In this document: positions 50,407 through 61,200 of the stretch, piece by piece | Layout: each line of letters opens with the position of its first letter | Numbering within the stretch: the first letter of the stretch is position 1 | Source: Myxococcota bacterium | GTDB taxonomy: Bacteria > Myxococcota_A > Polyangia > Nannocystales > Nannocystaceae | DNA length: 64,000 nucleotides | Direction of reading: 5' to 3' | NCBI GenBank assembly: GCA_039028615.1 | Contig: JBCCHT010000058.1 | Location: 1 to 64,000, forward strand | Notes under the pieces: model-generated | The model's input: only the letters and a program-made list of their open reading frames with translations | Database searches by the model: none | What the model was told of the DNA's origin: nothing | Made by a program: the position numbers and the translations under genes

Positions 50407-52200
50407 ATGACGTGGATTACCGCTCGTGATCAGCTCACCTTGCCGCTCGCGTCCGCCCTGCTGCTGGCGTTGTCGGCCTGCGGCGACGACGGAGGCAACG
50501 CGGACACCAACGGCGCGAGCTCGACGGGGACCAACACCATGGCGTCGACGGGGACGCCCACGCCCGACCCGGCCACCACCACCACGGGCGAGGATGCGAC
50601 GGCCGAAGCCACGGCCGACGAGACCGGCACCGACGAAACGACGGGCGGTGGCAACACCAACACGTTCTGCGAGGACGAAGGCCTGCCCGTGGCTCCGCTG
50701 GCCGATGCCGAGGGCACGGACTGGGGCCAAGTGGCGGGTACCTTCGCGGTGGAGACGACCTTCGGGCCCTTCGACCTGGCGCAAGAGTACAGCGGCTGCG
50801 AGAACTACATCTTCTTCAACGACGTCGGCGATGGCACGAGCAACGGCCTGCAGGACACGATGAGCGAGGACCTGTTCCTGCGCTCGGCCAGGAACGTGCA
50901 CTACTTCTTCCTGACCTCGTCGGGCGACGCGGCCGCGGGGGCGAAGAACTGGCAGTCGATCGTCGGCGGGGCGCTGTTCAACGTGCCCGAGGCCGACCAG
51001 GCGTACTGGACCGAGCGCGTGCACTTCGTGACCGACGACCCGGCCAGCATCGCGGGCAGCGTGGGCGCGTTCGTGTCCGCCAACCCCAACCAGGCGGTGT
51101 TCGGCATCGACCGTGCGCAGACCTGGGACAACCCGGGCTCGACCAGCGACACCACCACGGGGGCCTTTGCCACCACCGCGGGGGTGCTGGGCTACGTGGC
51201 TCGCTACTACAACTTCCGCTACGAGCAGGACCAGTGGGTCGACAGCCTCGACGCCACCGAGGTCCCGATGATCGACAACGTCGAGTTCACCCCCGACTGC
51301 GTCCAGGGCGAAGAGTGCTTCGACACGCAAAACGGCCCGTTCTCCAACAGCAACAACTGGCAGCCGTGGCCGGTCGAGTTCCCCGATGCGGCGACCATGG
51401 CCGGCTTCGACACCATGGACCTGATGATCACCGCGACCTGCGGGCCCAGCTCGTACGCCGACTGTGGCCACTGGGACTACGAGGCGGTGGTCAACCTGTG
51501 TGAGAACGAGACCTGCGAGGGGGGCAACCGCGAGGTCGCTCGCTGGATCACCCCGTACTCGCGTCCCGGTCGACGTCGCTGGGTCATCGACGCCACGCCC
51601 ATGCTGGGCATGGTGGCCGACGGCGGCACGCACTACTTCAACTTCGGGATGATCTGGAACATGAACCCCTCGGTCTGGGACCTGCGCTTCATGCTGCGCA
51701 ACGAGGGGCGCGACGACAGCTCGGCCGAGGTCGTCACCGCGTTCTCGGGCAACCGAGGCTTCAACGACACCTACAACGACGCCTGGGAGACCGTGGAGTT
51801 CACGCCGCCGGCCGGGACCACCCGGGTCGAGCTGGTGGCGATCATCTCGGGTCACGGGCAGGACGACGGCAACTGTGCCGAGTGGTGCAACCACCAGCAC
51901 GAGTTCACGGTCAACGGCACCGACACCCACCTGCGGGAGTTCCCCGGCCAGGTCATCGCTCAGCGCTGCGCCGACGCGGTGGACGAGGGCGTGGTGCCCG
52001 GGCAGTGGGGCAACTGGACGCCGGGTCGCGCGGGCTGGTGCCCGGGTCAACCGGTGCAGCCCTGGCGCATGGACATCACCGACCAAGTGACCATCGATGC
52101 GGTCAACACCCTGGACTACCAAGGCCTGTACAACAACGTGCCGGTCACGGGGAACCGCGGGCGGATTCGCCTGAGCAGCTACGTGGTGTTCTACCAGTAG
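50407..52200 (+). CDS. Peptide-N-glycosidase F-related lipoprotein
   Basis: LSAC lipobox; CGHWDY, E.ARWITPY, ISGHG...CAEWC, GNW...RAGWCPG. Confidence 0.8.
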   Translation: MTWITARDQLTLPLASALLLALSACGDDGGNADTNGASSTGTNTMASTGTPTPDPATTTTGEDATAEATADETGTDETTGGGNTNTFCEDEGLPVAPLADAEGTDWGQVAGTFAVETTFGPFDLAQEYSGCENYIFFNDVGDGTSNGLQDTMSEDLFLRSARNVHYFFLTSSGDAAAGAKNWQSIVGGALFNVPEADQAYWTERVHFVTDDPASIAGSVGAFVSANPNQAVFGIDRAQTWDNPGSTSDTTTGAFATTAGVLGYVARYYNFRYEQDQWVDSLDATEVPMIDNVEFTPDCVQGEECFDTQNGPFSNSNNWQPWPVEFPDAATMAGFDTMDLMITATCGPSSYADCGHWDYEAVVNLCENETCEGGNREVARWITPYSRPGRRRWVIDATPMLGMVADGGTHYFNFGMIWNMNPSVWDLRFMLRNEGRDDSSAEVVTAFSGNRGFNDTYNDAWETVEFTPPAGTTRVELVAIISGHGQDDGNCAEWCNHQHEFTVNGTDTHLREFPGQVIAQRCADAVDEGVVPGQWGNWTPGRAGWCPGQPVQPWRMDITDQVTIDAVNTLDYQGLYNNVPVTGNRGRIRLSSYVVFYQ

Positions 52201-52224
52201 CCCGCTTGGCACGATTCGCGAAAA

Positions 52225-52261
52225 CGAAGGGACGTGACGCGCTTGCGCTCACGTCCCTTCG
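52225..52261. terminator. Intrinsic terminator-like hairpin
   Basis: cgaagggacgtga / tcacgtcccttcg 13-bp stem, flanked by aaaa and cattt. Confidence 0.7.
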
Positions 52262-52301
52262 CATTTGCCCCGACCCCAACCACCTGACAGGCTGAAGCGG
52301 A

Positions 52302-53657
52302 ATGAAGGTGGTGGGGTGGTCGATCGTTCCTTTGCTCTTGGTTGCATGCTCGATGGGGCTCGATAACGACCCTCATCAAAGCCACGGTCTGGGCGAGGAG
52401 ACCGACGGCGCGACCACGGAGCCCGCCGAGGCCACCGACGGCTTCGAGGACACCGACGGCAGCGGCTCGAGCACGACCGGCATCGACGATTCCTCGGCTA
52501 CCGCGAGCACGACCAGCGACGACGGCACGACGACCGACGGAGACGGCACCGAGGGCGGGGTGGATTGCTCCGACCTGTGGCGAACGGAGCGATCGGACGG
52601 CCGGCTGCGCGATCTGGTGCTCGACGAAACAGCAGGGGTGCTGCACTTGATCGGCAACCGCGAGTCGGGCGAGCCGTGGGCCATGACCCTCGATGCCTGC
52701 GATGGCTCGGTGCTCGCCGACGTCGACGTCGTCCACGACGGCGGCACCAATGCCCGCCTCGACAGCCTGCTGCTGCACGACGGCTCGCTCTTCGCCGCGG
52801 GCTCGGTGCCGCTGGCCGACGATCCGCGCAACGGCCTGCTCGTGCGCCTCGATCCCACCGACCTCGGTGCCGTGTACACCACCCCGCTGTACGGCTCGCC
52901 CAACCTCGACGAGCTGCTCGACATCACCGTCAGCACCAGCGGCCGGCTGTGGATGGTGGGCACGACGCAGTACGACATGAACCCGGGGGCCTGGACGGTC
53001 AGCGCCCAGACCGACGGGACCGCGTGTGGCTTCAACTGGATGGGCTCGGGGTCGGGCACCAACCGGGCGGTGGGGGCCGATGGCGACCAGATCGTCGTGG
53101 CCACCCGCACCACCGACGGGCAGCTCGTGCTGCTCCGCTACGCTCAGGACTGCGCCTGCACCTGTCTGCCCACCTGGGAATCGGACCCCATCGAGATCGG
53201 CGCCGCGGAGACCAACATCGGCGACCTGGTGGTGATCGGCGGGCAGTACTACGTGGCTGGCTGGGCCAACGACAGCGCGCTGCCCGATCAGATCTTCGGC
53301 TATGCCGCATGGGTGAGTTCGACGGGCGCGCTGATCGAGGACTACCGGGCCAATCCCAGCGGGCAGGGTGACGGGTTCTTCGCCGCGGGCACGGATGGTG
53401 AGCGGTTGTTCCTCAGCGGGGCCCAGGGCTGGTCCGGGGCGGCTGGGTTGGCGGGCACCAGTGCTCTGCTGCAGGCGCTTCCCGTGTCCTTCGGCCCGGG
53501 CGTGGCGGCCGAGTGGGAGGCCAGCCCCATGGGCGTGGGTTACATCGACGGCATGGGCATCGACAGCGCCGCCGACGGGTCGATCTACCTCGGCGGCAAC
53601 GTCGACGGGGGCGATGGCATCGTGGTTCGCTGCGACAAGCTCGGCATCTGCGGCTGA
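52302..53657 (+). CDS. Secreted beta-propeller-like lipoprotein
   Basis: LLVAC lipobox, T/D/G linker, beta-repeat body. Confidence 0.7.
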   Translation: MKVVGWSIVPLLLVACSMGLDNDPHQSHGLGEETDGATTEPAEATDGFEDTDGSGSSTTGIDDSSATASTTSDDGTTTDGDGTEGGVDCSDLWRTERSDGRLRDLVLDETAGVLHLIGNRESGEPWAMTLDACDGSVLADVDVVHDGGTNARLDSLLLHDGSLFAAGSVPLADDPRNGLLVRLDPTDLGAVYTTPLYGSPNLDELLDITVSTSGRLWMVGTTQYDMNPGAWTVSAQTDGTACGFNWMGSGSGTNRAVGADGDQIVVATRTTDGQLVLLRYAQDCACTCLPTWESDPIEIGAAETNIGDLVVIGGQYYVAGWANDSALPDQIFGYAAWVSSTGALIEDYRANPSGQGDGFFAAGTDGERLFLSGAQGWSGAAGLAGTSALLQALPVSFGPGVAAEWEASPMGVGYIDGMGIDSAADGSIYLGGNVDGGDGIVVRCDKLGICG

Positions 53658-53714
53658 GAGCGGGACCGGCCGGGCTATCGACGGCGCGCGTGCGCGGTGC
53701 GATAAGTTCGGCGC

Positions 53715-54725
53715 GTGCGGAGGGCGAACACCCAGGTGCGAGCGGTCGACCGCGATGCACCCGAAGCGAGCGTGCTCGCGGAAGCAGCCGAGGTCATCGG
53801 CCGCGGGGGCGTGGTGGCCTTCGCCACGGAGACGGTCTACGGCCTGGGTGCCGACGCGACCTCCGAAGATGCGGTGCGCAGCATCTTCGAGGCCAAAGGG
53901 CGGCCCTCCGACAACCCGCTGATCGTGCACGTCGCCAGCGTCGAGATGGCTCGGCGCTACGCGAGTCGATGGCCCGAGACGGCCGAGCGCTTGGCCGCAA
54001 AGGTCTGGCCCGGCCCCGTGACGCTGGTGGTGCCCAAAAACGAGATCATCGCCTCTGTCGTCACGGGAGGGCTCGATACCGTCGGGCTGCGCGTGCCTGC
54101 GACCGCGGTGGCGCGGGGGCTCATCGAGGCGGCCGGGGTACCGCTGGCCGCGCCCAGTGCCAACCGTTCGGAGCACGTCTCGCCCACCACCGCGGCCCAT
54201 GTGCAGGCCGACCTCGACGGGCACATCGAGATGGTGCTCGACAGCGGGGCGTGCGAAGTGGGGATCGAGTCCACCGTGCTCGACCTGTGCGGGCCGACGC
54301 CGCGAGTGCTGCGGCCGGGACCCTTGGGCGCCGACGAGCTGGCCACGCTGCTCGAGCAGGACGTCGTCGAAGGGGCATCCGATGGCCCCGCGCGCAGCCC
54401 CGGGCAGCGGGCGAAGCACTACGCGCCCGAGGCCACCGCGCTGCGGGTCGAGACGCTCGAAGACTTGGTCGCTCTGCAGCCTGGGCCCGCCGACGCCGTG
54501 CTCTGGGTGGGGCGCAGCGAGGCGCAGGAGCCCGCAGGGCAGGCCGTGGAGGCGGGCACGACCCTCGTGCTGCCCGACGTCGAGACCGCGGCACGGCGGC
54601 TCTACGCCGCGTTGCGGGGTTTCGACGATGCCGGGGTCCAGCGGATCGTCGTCGTCATGCCGCCGCCCTCACCCCCCTGGCGGGCGGTGAGGGATCGCTT
54701 GGTCCGAGCGACGATCGAGGGCTAG
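53715..54725 (+). CDS. tsaC: L-threonylcarbamoyladenylate synthase (Sua5 type)
   Basis: TETVYGLGADA, KGRPSDNPLIVH, WPGP, AAPSANRS, GIESTV, SPG...HYAP. Confidence 0.95.
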   Translation: MRRANTQVRAVDRDAPEASVLAEAAEVIGRGGVVAFATETVYGLGADATSEDAVRSIFEAKGRPSDNPLIVHVASVEMARRYASRWPETAERLAAKVWPGPVTLVVPKNEIIASVVTGGLDTVGLRVPATAVARGLIEAAGVPLAAPSANRSEHVSPTTAAHVQADLDGHIEMVLDSGACEVGIESTVLDLCGPTPRVLRPGPLGADELATLLEQDVVEGASDGPARSPGQRAKHYAPEATALRVETLEDLVALQPGPADAVLWVGRSEAQEPAGQAVEAGTTLVLPDVETAARRLYAALRGFDDAGVQRIVVVMPPPSPPWRAVRDRLVRATIEG

Positions 54726-54734
54726 AGGCGCGGG

Positions 54735-55493
54735 CTAGATCGGCGCGGCGTCCCAGGTTCCGTTGCAGCCGAACCCAGGGCAGGTCCAGGTGCCCATCAC
54801 GTTGAGCATCGCGTCGAACTGCCCTTCGAAGTCGCAGGCCCCGACCAATGCACCCATGGCGGTGGAGGTGAGCATGCCCATGTCGTCGACGTCTCCGGAG
54901 AGGGGTCCCGAATCCAAGCCCGCAAACGAGCCCATCAGCGAGCCGTCGGCCGCGACGCTGAACTCCAGGGTTCCGCCCACCCCGGGAAAGCCCGGGCACG
55001 CGCCCGTCCAGTTGCCGTCGTAGTCGCCCTCGTAGGGGCTGGACATCATGCCCGAGGAGCCACCCGTGTCGGTGGAGCCGCCCGTATCGGTCGAACCGCC
55101 GTCGGTGGAGCCGCCCGTATCGGTCGAACCGCCATCGGTGGAGCCGCTGTCCGTCGACTCGTCGCCGGTCGTGCCCGTCGTGCCGTCGCCGCTGGTCGAG
55201 TCGTCGCCCGGTCCTTCGGTGGTGCCGGCCGACACACCCGTGTCGTCCATCCCGCCCCCGGTGCTGTCGACCCCCGACGTGCTCTTGCCATCGTCGCTGC
55301 CCTCGTCCGCACTGGTGGCGCCCGGGTCCGAGCTCGTCACGCCGGGGCTCGAGGTCGCGGCCCCGTCGGTGCTGGTCGAGCCGTTCGCCGACGAGGCTCC
55401 GGGCGCGATCCCATCGTCGCTGCATCCCACCGTCGCGAAGCTCATGGCGGTCACCGCCATGCCGATCGTCAAGAGTTCAGTCCAAGTCTTCAT
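54735..55493 (-). CDS. Lipoprotein with long T/S/G/D linker and small beta domain
   Basis: VGC lipobox; (GGSTD)n linker; YEGDYDGNWTG...CNGTWDA. Confidence 0.75.
   Translation of the reverse strand: MKTWTELLTIGMAVTAMSFATVGCSDDGIAPGASSANGSTSTDGAATSSPGVTSSDPGATSADEGSDDGKSTSGVDSTGGGMDDTGVSAGTTEGPGDDSTSGDGTTGTTGDESTDSGSTDGGSTDTGGSTDGGSTDTGGSTDTGGSSGMMSSPYEGDYDGNWTGACPGFPGVGGTLEFSVAADGSLMGSFAGLDSGPLSGDVDDMGMLTSTAMGALVGACDFEGQFDAMLNVMGTWTCPGFGCNGTWDAAPI
55069..55147. repeat. 33-bp coding tandem repeat (about 2.4 copies, GGSTDTGGSTD)
   Basis: tcggtggagccgcccgtatcggtcgaaccgcc starts at 55069 and 55102, with a partial copy at 55135. Confidence 0.85.
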
Positions 55494-55678
55494 GGGTCCA
55501 GCCTACTATCTCGTTCGACGTACCGGGAGTCCCGTTGCAGCGTCCGTCCCGCGCGAATGGCAACAAAGCCGCGGCCCCAGCCGGGCAATCCGACCAATGA
55601 TCGCCGTCCATGGCCGATGGCCGAATGTGGGCCGATCGCAGTCGCGCCCACGGGATCGGTGCGGATAGACTCCCGCGG

Positions 55679-56851
55679 GTGACGCCAGAGGAGATCGGTC
55701 AGCTTCAGCACCAGCTGCACCTGATGCAGCAGGAGAACGAGCTGCTTCGCCAGCAGCTAGGTCAACACGAGCAGACGAAGCAGACCCGAGCCGATCGGCG
55801 CAACAAGGTCGTGCGGGGTAGCGGCCGACTGCTGATTCCGCTGCTCGACCGCCACAAGGTCGTGCGCTCCTTCGGCTCCCTGGCCGAGACCGCGGCCGAC
55901 TTCTCGGGTCCGCGCGATGCCTGGCCCGAGCGCGACCGCCTGCTTGCCGACGCCCGGGGCTTCCTCGAGGCCCTCGTGCGCTTCGCCGTGCGGCGACGGA
56001 CCCTGCTGCTCGTCTTCTCGCTGCTCGCCTCGCTGATCCCCATCATTCAGATCTGGCTGGTCGTCCAGCAAAACGAGATCATCCGCAACCAGAACGAGTT
56101 CTTCGAGATCCAGGTCTACGACATCGTGGCCCGCTCGATGACCCAGGGCGATCGCAACGCCCGGCTGATGACCGGCGCCCTGCTCTCCCGCGCCGAGCCG
56201 GCGTTCCTCGCGGGCGTCATCGAGGAATCCTTCGAGCCCAACGTCACCGGTCTGTTCCGTGCCGAAGCCGTCGAGGCCCGCACCCGCCGGCTCGAGGACG
56301 CCGCCTTCCGCGGCTACCTCGCCCAAGCCGTCGTGCGCAACGTGCAGAAGCAGGTGAGCGCCAAGGGCGTGACCGCCGAAGTCACCCTCCAGTCGGTGCC
56401 CATGCTGCGCTCCATCGTGCGAGACGCGGGCGATCGCGTCTACCAGGTGCTGCGCCTCGGCGAGAACGCCAAGGGCGTCGACGACGAGCTCGCCGAGCAG
56501 GTCGACGGCTACCTCGTCAAGGCGGGCGAGGCCATGCGGGTCTACGCCCGGCTGGCCCGAGACAAGGGCACGATCGAAGAGTTCTACAAGGACATCGAGC
56601 CCTACTTGCGGCGCGTCTCCGGCCTCTCGCTCGAGGGCAACCACTTCCGCAAGGCCCACGTGTTCGCCCTCGAAGCGCTGCTCTTCGAACTCGCGGCCGA
56701 GCCCGAGCCCGGCGATCCCGAGGTCGACCTGCAAAAAGCCGGGCTCACCCCCGAGGAGGCGCATGCCAAGGGCCTGGAAGCCCTCAAGAGCGGTGTTGGT
56801 GGTGACGACGTCGACTGGGACGGCCTCGCCAAGCAAATGGAGCCCTCGTGA
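55679..56851 (+). CDS. Hypothetical membrane protein with N-terminal coiled coil
   Basis: QLQHQLHLMQQENELLRQQL, one TM (LLLVFSLLASLIPIIQIWLVV). GTG 55679 or ATG 55610 start. Confidence 0.75.
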   Translation: MTPEEIGQLQHQLHLMQQENELLRQQLGQHEQTKQTRADRRNKVVRGSGRLLIPLLDRHKVVRSFGSLAETAADFSGPRDAWPERDRLLADARGFLEALVRFAVRRRTLLLVFSLLASLIPIIQIWLVVQQNEIIRNQNEFFEIQVYDIVARSMTQGDRNARLMTGALLSRAEPAFLAGVIEESFEPNVTGLFRAEAVEARTRRLEDAAFRGYLAQAVVRNVQKQVSAKGVTAEVTLQSVPMLRSIVRDAGDRVYQVLRLGENAKGVDDELAEQVDGYLVKAGEAMRVYARLARDKGTIEEFYKDIEPYLRRVSGLSLEGNHFRKAHVFALEALLFELAAEPEPGDPEVDLQKAGLTPEEAHAKGLEALKSGVGGDDVDWDGLAKQMEPS

Positions 56852-58170
56852 GCATGGCCGTGCGTTCCTTCGGTTACGGCCTGCTCCTCCTGACCGCCGG
56901 CCTGCTTGCCTGCACCCCCAAAGCGGGGGGCACCACCGTCACGCCGCAGCCGCAGCCCGAGCCCGAACCACAGCCGGCCGTCGTCGAGGCCTTGGGTGAC
57001 GAGGCCTTCGTGCAGGCCCGAGGCTCGGGGGCGACCGAGCAGGAGGCCTACGCGGCCGCCACCGCGTCGCTCGCCGAGGCCCTATTCGGCGACGCCCGCT
57101 GGGCCACGCTCGTGCCTCTCACCGTCCACGGACCCGATGCCGACCTCATGCACGCGGGCCGCACCGCCGAGGGCTTCGAGGCCGTCGTCGGCCTTACCCG
57201 TGCCCGTGCGGCTGGAGTCCTGTCCGCCTTCGAGCACGGCGAAGTCACCTTCGAAGGTCCCGCCGTCTGGCGTGATGCCGTGCTCGCCTATCGCCGGGCC
57301 CACGTCGCCGCTCAGGCCTGTGCCCGCCGCGTCGAGCTGTTCGAATCCGAGTGCTCCATCGAGACCGCCGATGCCGATGCCGCCGTCGCGCGCTTGGGCG
57401 AGGGCTTGGTGCTCGTGTCAGCCCACGACGGTGGCGTCCCCGTCACTGCCGATGGACACCTGCTGCGGACCCCCGCCGTCGTCGCCATCTGGGGCGGCGT
57501 GCCCGTGGCCGACCTCCCGCTGGTCGTCACCGCACCGCCCGAGCTTGCGTGGGTCCAGCCTCAGCTCAAGACCGATCTCGCCGGCGGAGCCGTCCTCGGC
57601 CAACCCGAGCCCCAGCCCGCCACCTGGGCTCCCGTCACCGTTCGCGTCGATGGCCAGGCCCTGCTCGGCCCCGCGGGCGCCGAGATCTTCAAGACCGAGC
57701 TCGCCCTCGAGCCTCGCTCCGTCGGTCCTCGTCGTTGGACCCTCGCCCTCGACGGCGGCAAGACCCAGGGCGCCGACGAGGCCCGCAGCGTCATTCGCAA
57801 TCTCATGGGTGAAGCCGGCTACGGCGATCCCGTCTCCATCGGGGCCGGCCCCGCCAGTGCCCTCACCCAGGCTCCCGCCACCAAGCGTGAAGCCGAAGCG
57901 CTCGCCCTGGGCGATGCCATGGGCGGCCGCCTCGACGTCGTCCTCGTGCTGACCTACGGCACCCGCTTCGCCAGCCGCATGGGCGGCAGCCGGGTCTGGT
58001 ACGAAGCCGAAGGCGAGCTGGACGTCCGCGATGTCTGGACCGGCAAGACCCTTGCCACCGCGAAGCGGAAGATCGAAGCCGACGGCGTCGGCGAAGCGCG
58101 AGCCGACAAGGCGGCGCGGCGGAAGCTGGCCAAGACGTTGATCGAAGAGGTGCTGGGCAGCCTGCCGTGA
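56848..58170 (+). CDS. Hypothetical lipoprotein (weakly LPP20-like N-terminus)
   Basis: GTGA overlap; LLAC lipobox; ARGSGATEQEAYAAA..SLA. Confidence 0.7.
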   Translation: MSMAVRSFGYGLLLLTAGLLACTPKAGGTTVTPQPQPEPEPQPAVVEALGDEAFVQARGSGATEQEAYAAATASLAEALFGDARWATLVPLTVHGPDADLMHAGRTAEGFEAVVGLTRARAAGVLSAFEHGEVTFEGPAVWRDAVLAYRRAHVAAQACARRVELFESECSIETADADAAVARLGEGLVLVSAHDGGVPVTADGHLLRTPAVVAIWGGVPVADLPLVVTAPPELAWVQPQLKTDLAGGAVLGQPEPQPATWAPVTVRVDGQALLGPAGAEIFKTELALEPRSVGPRRWTLALDGGKTQGADEARSVIRNLMGEAGYGDPVSIGAGPASALTQAPATKREAEALALGDAMGGRLDVVLVLTYGTRFASRMGGSRVWYEAEGELDVRDVWTGKTLATAKRKIEADGVGEARADKAARRKLAKTLIEEVLGSLP

Positions 58171-58232
58171 CCCGCTGTGCTCCTGTTTGCGGGGCGCAGC
58201 TCGGTCACGAGGCTTCGACCCCGTTGACCACC

Positions 58233-61200
58233 CTAGCCCGCGTCGACAAGCTGCCTCTCCATTTCCTTCGCCCTTTGGTAGCACGCGATGCCCAACGCGT
58301 GCTCCATATGGAGCGCGCGGTCGTTGAAGTCATCGTCGAGGCAGTGGAGACCTGCGATGAGCTGGTGATACTCGCGCTGGCCTTCTACGATGCCGAGCCC
58401 GGCACGCAGCTTCCTCAGCGCCTCGTTCGCGAGCGATTCGAGCTCGTCGGAGAGACCCCGAGACGACTTCATCCGGCTGAGTACGAAGCCTCCGATCGTC
58501 AGTCCCACGGTCATGGGCGAGAAGTGGCCCGGTGAGTCGAACAGTGACTCCAGCCGTAGCAACTCTCGAGGGTAGCGAAGGTCCGCGGGTGACTGCTCAG
58601 CTTTACGCCTCGTCGCGTGATCCACTAGCCCACGGACAGCAACCATACGGTAGTACATCGGATACGGAAAACGGTCGATCATGTGCTCCAGCACCGTCCG
58701 TGGATTCGGCTTGCCAGCGTTAGCCTGCATGATGCCCTGGCCGACGAGCCACTGCCGTATCGTGGCCCTCGTATCGACATGGTCCCGACTTTTGGTGTCC
58801 TCTTCCGCAAGAAGCTCCAGCAGAAACCAAACGACCACCACCGAGATCATCGAGCGGTGGGACCTCCACTGCTCCTTTCCGTCGACGAGAGAGCCCGCGA
58901 CGAGGATGCGCCGTAGGCACCGCCCCAAAGTCGTCTTGGCCACTTCGACCGAGGGACGCAACGCTTGAGCGAGTTCCCCATTTTGCATCTCCGACGCGGC
59001 CGCGAGGCAATAGATCGAGTACGCAAACCGTACTCCGGTTCGCACCATCGTGCTCGCGTCACCATGCTGCTCCATGACCTCCATGGCGAGTGCGCTGGTC
59101 TCATCATATCGATGAAACGTGCCCTCTTTTTCCTGAAGGCAAGGGACCTCCTCGAGAATGAGCTGCGCCGCGTTCCAGCGCCCCCACTCTTGTCGCGAGC
59201 CAATGCCTCTGAGCCACTCGAGGAGGACTGTGATACTGGCGTTCTGAGAGGTGCCGCCGGCCCAGATCTCCGGTTCACAGGGATCGAGCTGCGATAGCCA
59301 CAGCTCGCTCACGGCGACGAGCAGTCTCTCTACGCGAAGCGAGATCGCCCGCGGCAGGACTCCAGAGGAGTCGAGCGGAGCGCCGAGTTTCTTCTCGCTG
59401 CTCATGGCTCGATGCCAGCAGAAGCTCCGGATGTCGTGCATCGCAAGACATGCGTGATAGAGTGCTCTTTGACGGTATCCGGTCTGTATGCTTCCGGACG
59501 CGCCCTTCCAAAAGTAGAGGTCCACTGCCTGCGCATGGACGTCGGACATCGCGAGGGCGAAGTTGGTGTCTTCCGGCTGACGCGGATCCAGGTAATTCTC
59601 GTTGGGGATTTCGCTCCCTTTTTTCACGAAGGGAAGGTCTTTGCGTAGCGCCCGAAGCTCCCTTTCAACCATGGAGACGCTGTTCTCCACACCGACCGAG
59701 CTCTTCTCCGCGAGCCATGCCTCCGCGAACAGAGGCAGATAAATGATGCGCCAGTGTTTCAGGCTGTCGATGGCGCTGACCCTCGGGTCTGCTCCGCACA
59801 GGTACGCGTCCGACATTCGATTGCCGAGGGTACGGGCATCACGATAGATGCCGATCGCGCGCTCGTGGTTCTTGGCCCGCTCGTACGTCATCCCGATCTG
59901 GAGCATCAGCCGGATTCGTGCGATGCACCATGCGCCCCGGTTCTGGAAGAAGCGACGCTGTGCAGAGCGCCAGTTCTCCCCTTCGGGCGCGCTCGTACCA
60001 TGTTGCTCGTCGAGGTAGTCGATCGCCTTCCCATAGTGATAGCGGGCGCGCTCGAACTCTTGGTCGAAGTCGCAGAGTTCTCCGAGCGCGCTATGAAACT
60101 CCTGGAGATGAGCATCGTCGCCTTTCGAGTTCGCGATGCGGGCTCGGTATTGGTCTTTGAGGCGCTGTGTCTCGTCGAGCGTGAAGTTGTACGACGCCAT
60201 CTCCGCCTGAGACGCTCGTGAGAGGTACGCGACCTCGGCGGCCATGTCGCTTCGAAAGCGAAAGCTGTACATTCCGTTCAGGATCGGGTGAAGGTACTCG
60301 CCGTTCCAGTCCTCGACGAACTCGGTGACCATGTCTCTGAGGTCTGGGATCCGGTGGATATGCGACAGCTCCTCCATGCGCTCCAGGCTGCTCCAGGAGA
60401 ACGCACGCCGATGGAACTTCGTCACGAAGTCGACCAGCTGGAGTAGGGACCGTACGGCCTTATCGTCACGGCCGGCCAGTCGTTGCTCGAATCGGTTCGC
60501 CAGGCGGCGATAGACCTCCGACGTCATCCCGACCCGAAACCGATCGATGTCGCCGAAATAGAGCACGTGCGGCCCCGTGAACTGGCCCCAGCGAATGCGT
60601 TTGTCGTCGATGATGCGTCCCGCCGAGCGAACGAACCCTTCGAAGAGAGCATCGAGCTGCTTCGGGCCACCCCGACTGCGAAACGTGAGGTATTCGATGA
60701 CCTCTCGCCCGAACTCCTCCGACCAGAGTTCCTTTTCGGGGAGGCTGTGCTCATTCGCCTCACGCGGGCCGACCTCGAGGACACGAAAGTCATTGCTCGT
60801 CCCGTCTGCGCCGGCCTCGGTCCGAGCCGACAGCGGCGTTACGACGGGATTTTGTACATAGACTGGCAGCACGGAGTTGCGATGGCCGAAGACGATGTCA
60901 TGCCGTTGCTGCCAGTGGCGAGCCCTCTTCGACGATCGGGCCAGCTGTGCCTGCACGTACGCGAGGGTCCCGTCCGTCATCCTCTTGCCGATGTCGTCGA
61001 CCAGTAGCGAGGGAATGTAGATCTCCGCGTCGAAGATCGTGCTGAGTAGCGGGCGTTGGGCCGTCCGATCGGCGAGCCATTCATCGTGCAGGTTGCGCCC
61101 GCCGATGAAGATGAACCGCGCCGGAGCACTCGACATCAGGCCCTTGAGGTTGGCCAGGAGGCGGAGGGTACGCTCGGTACGCTCTCGCTCCGTGTCTTCG

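Noticed and set aside
52207..52222. Possible sigma54 promoter (TGGCACG)
   Set aside because: No GC at the required -12 spacing, and it sits just upstream of a terminator hairpin.
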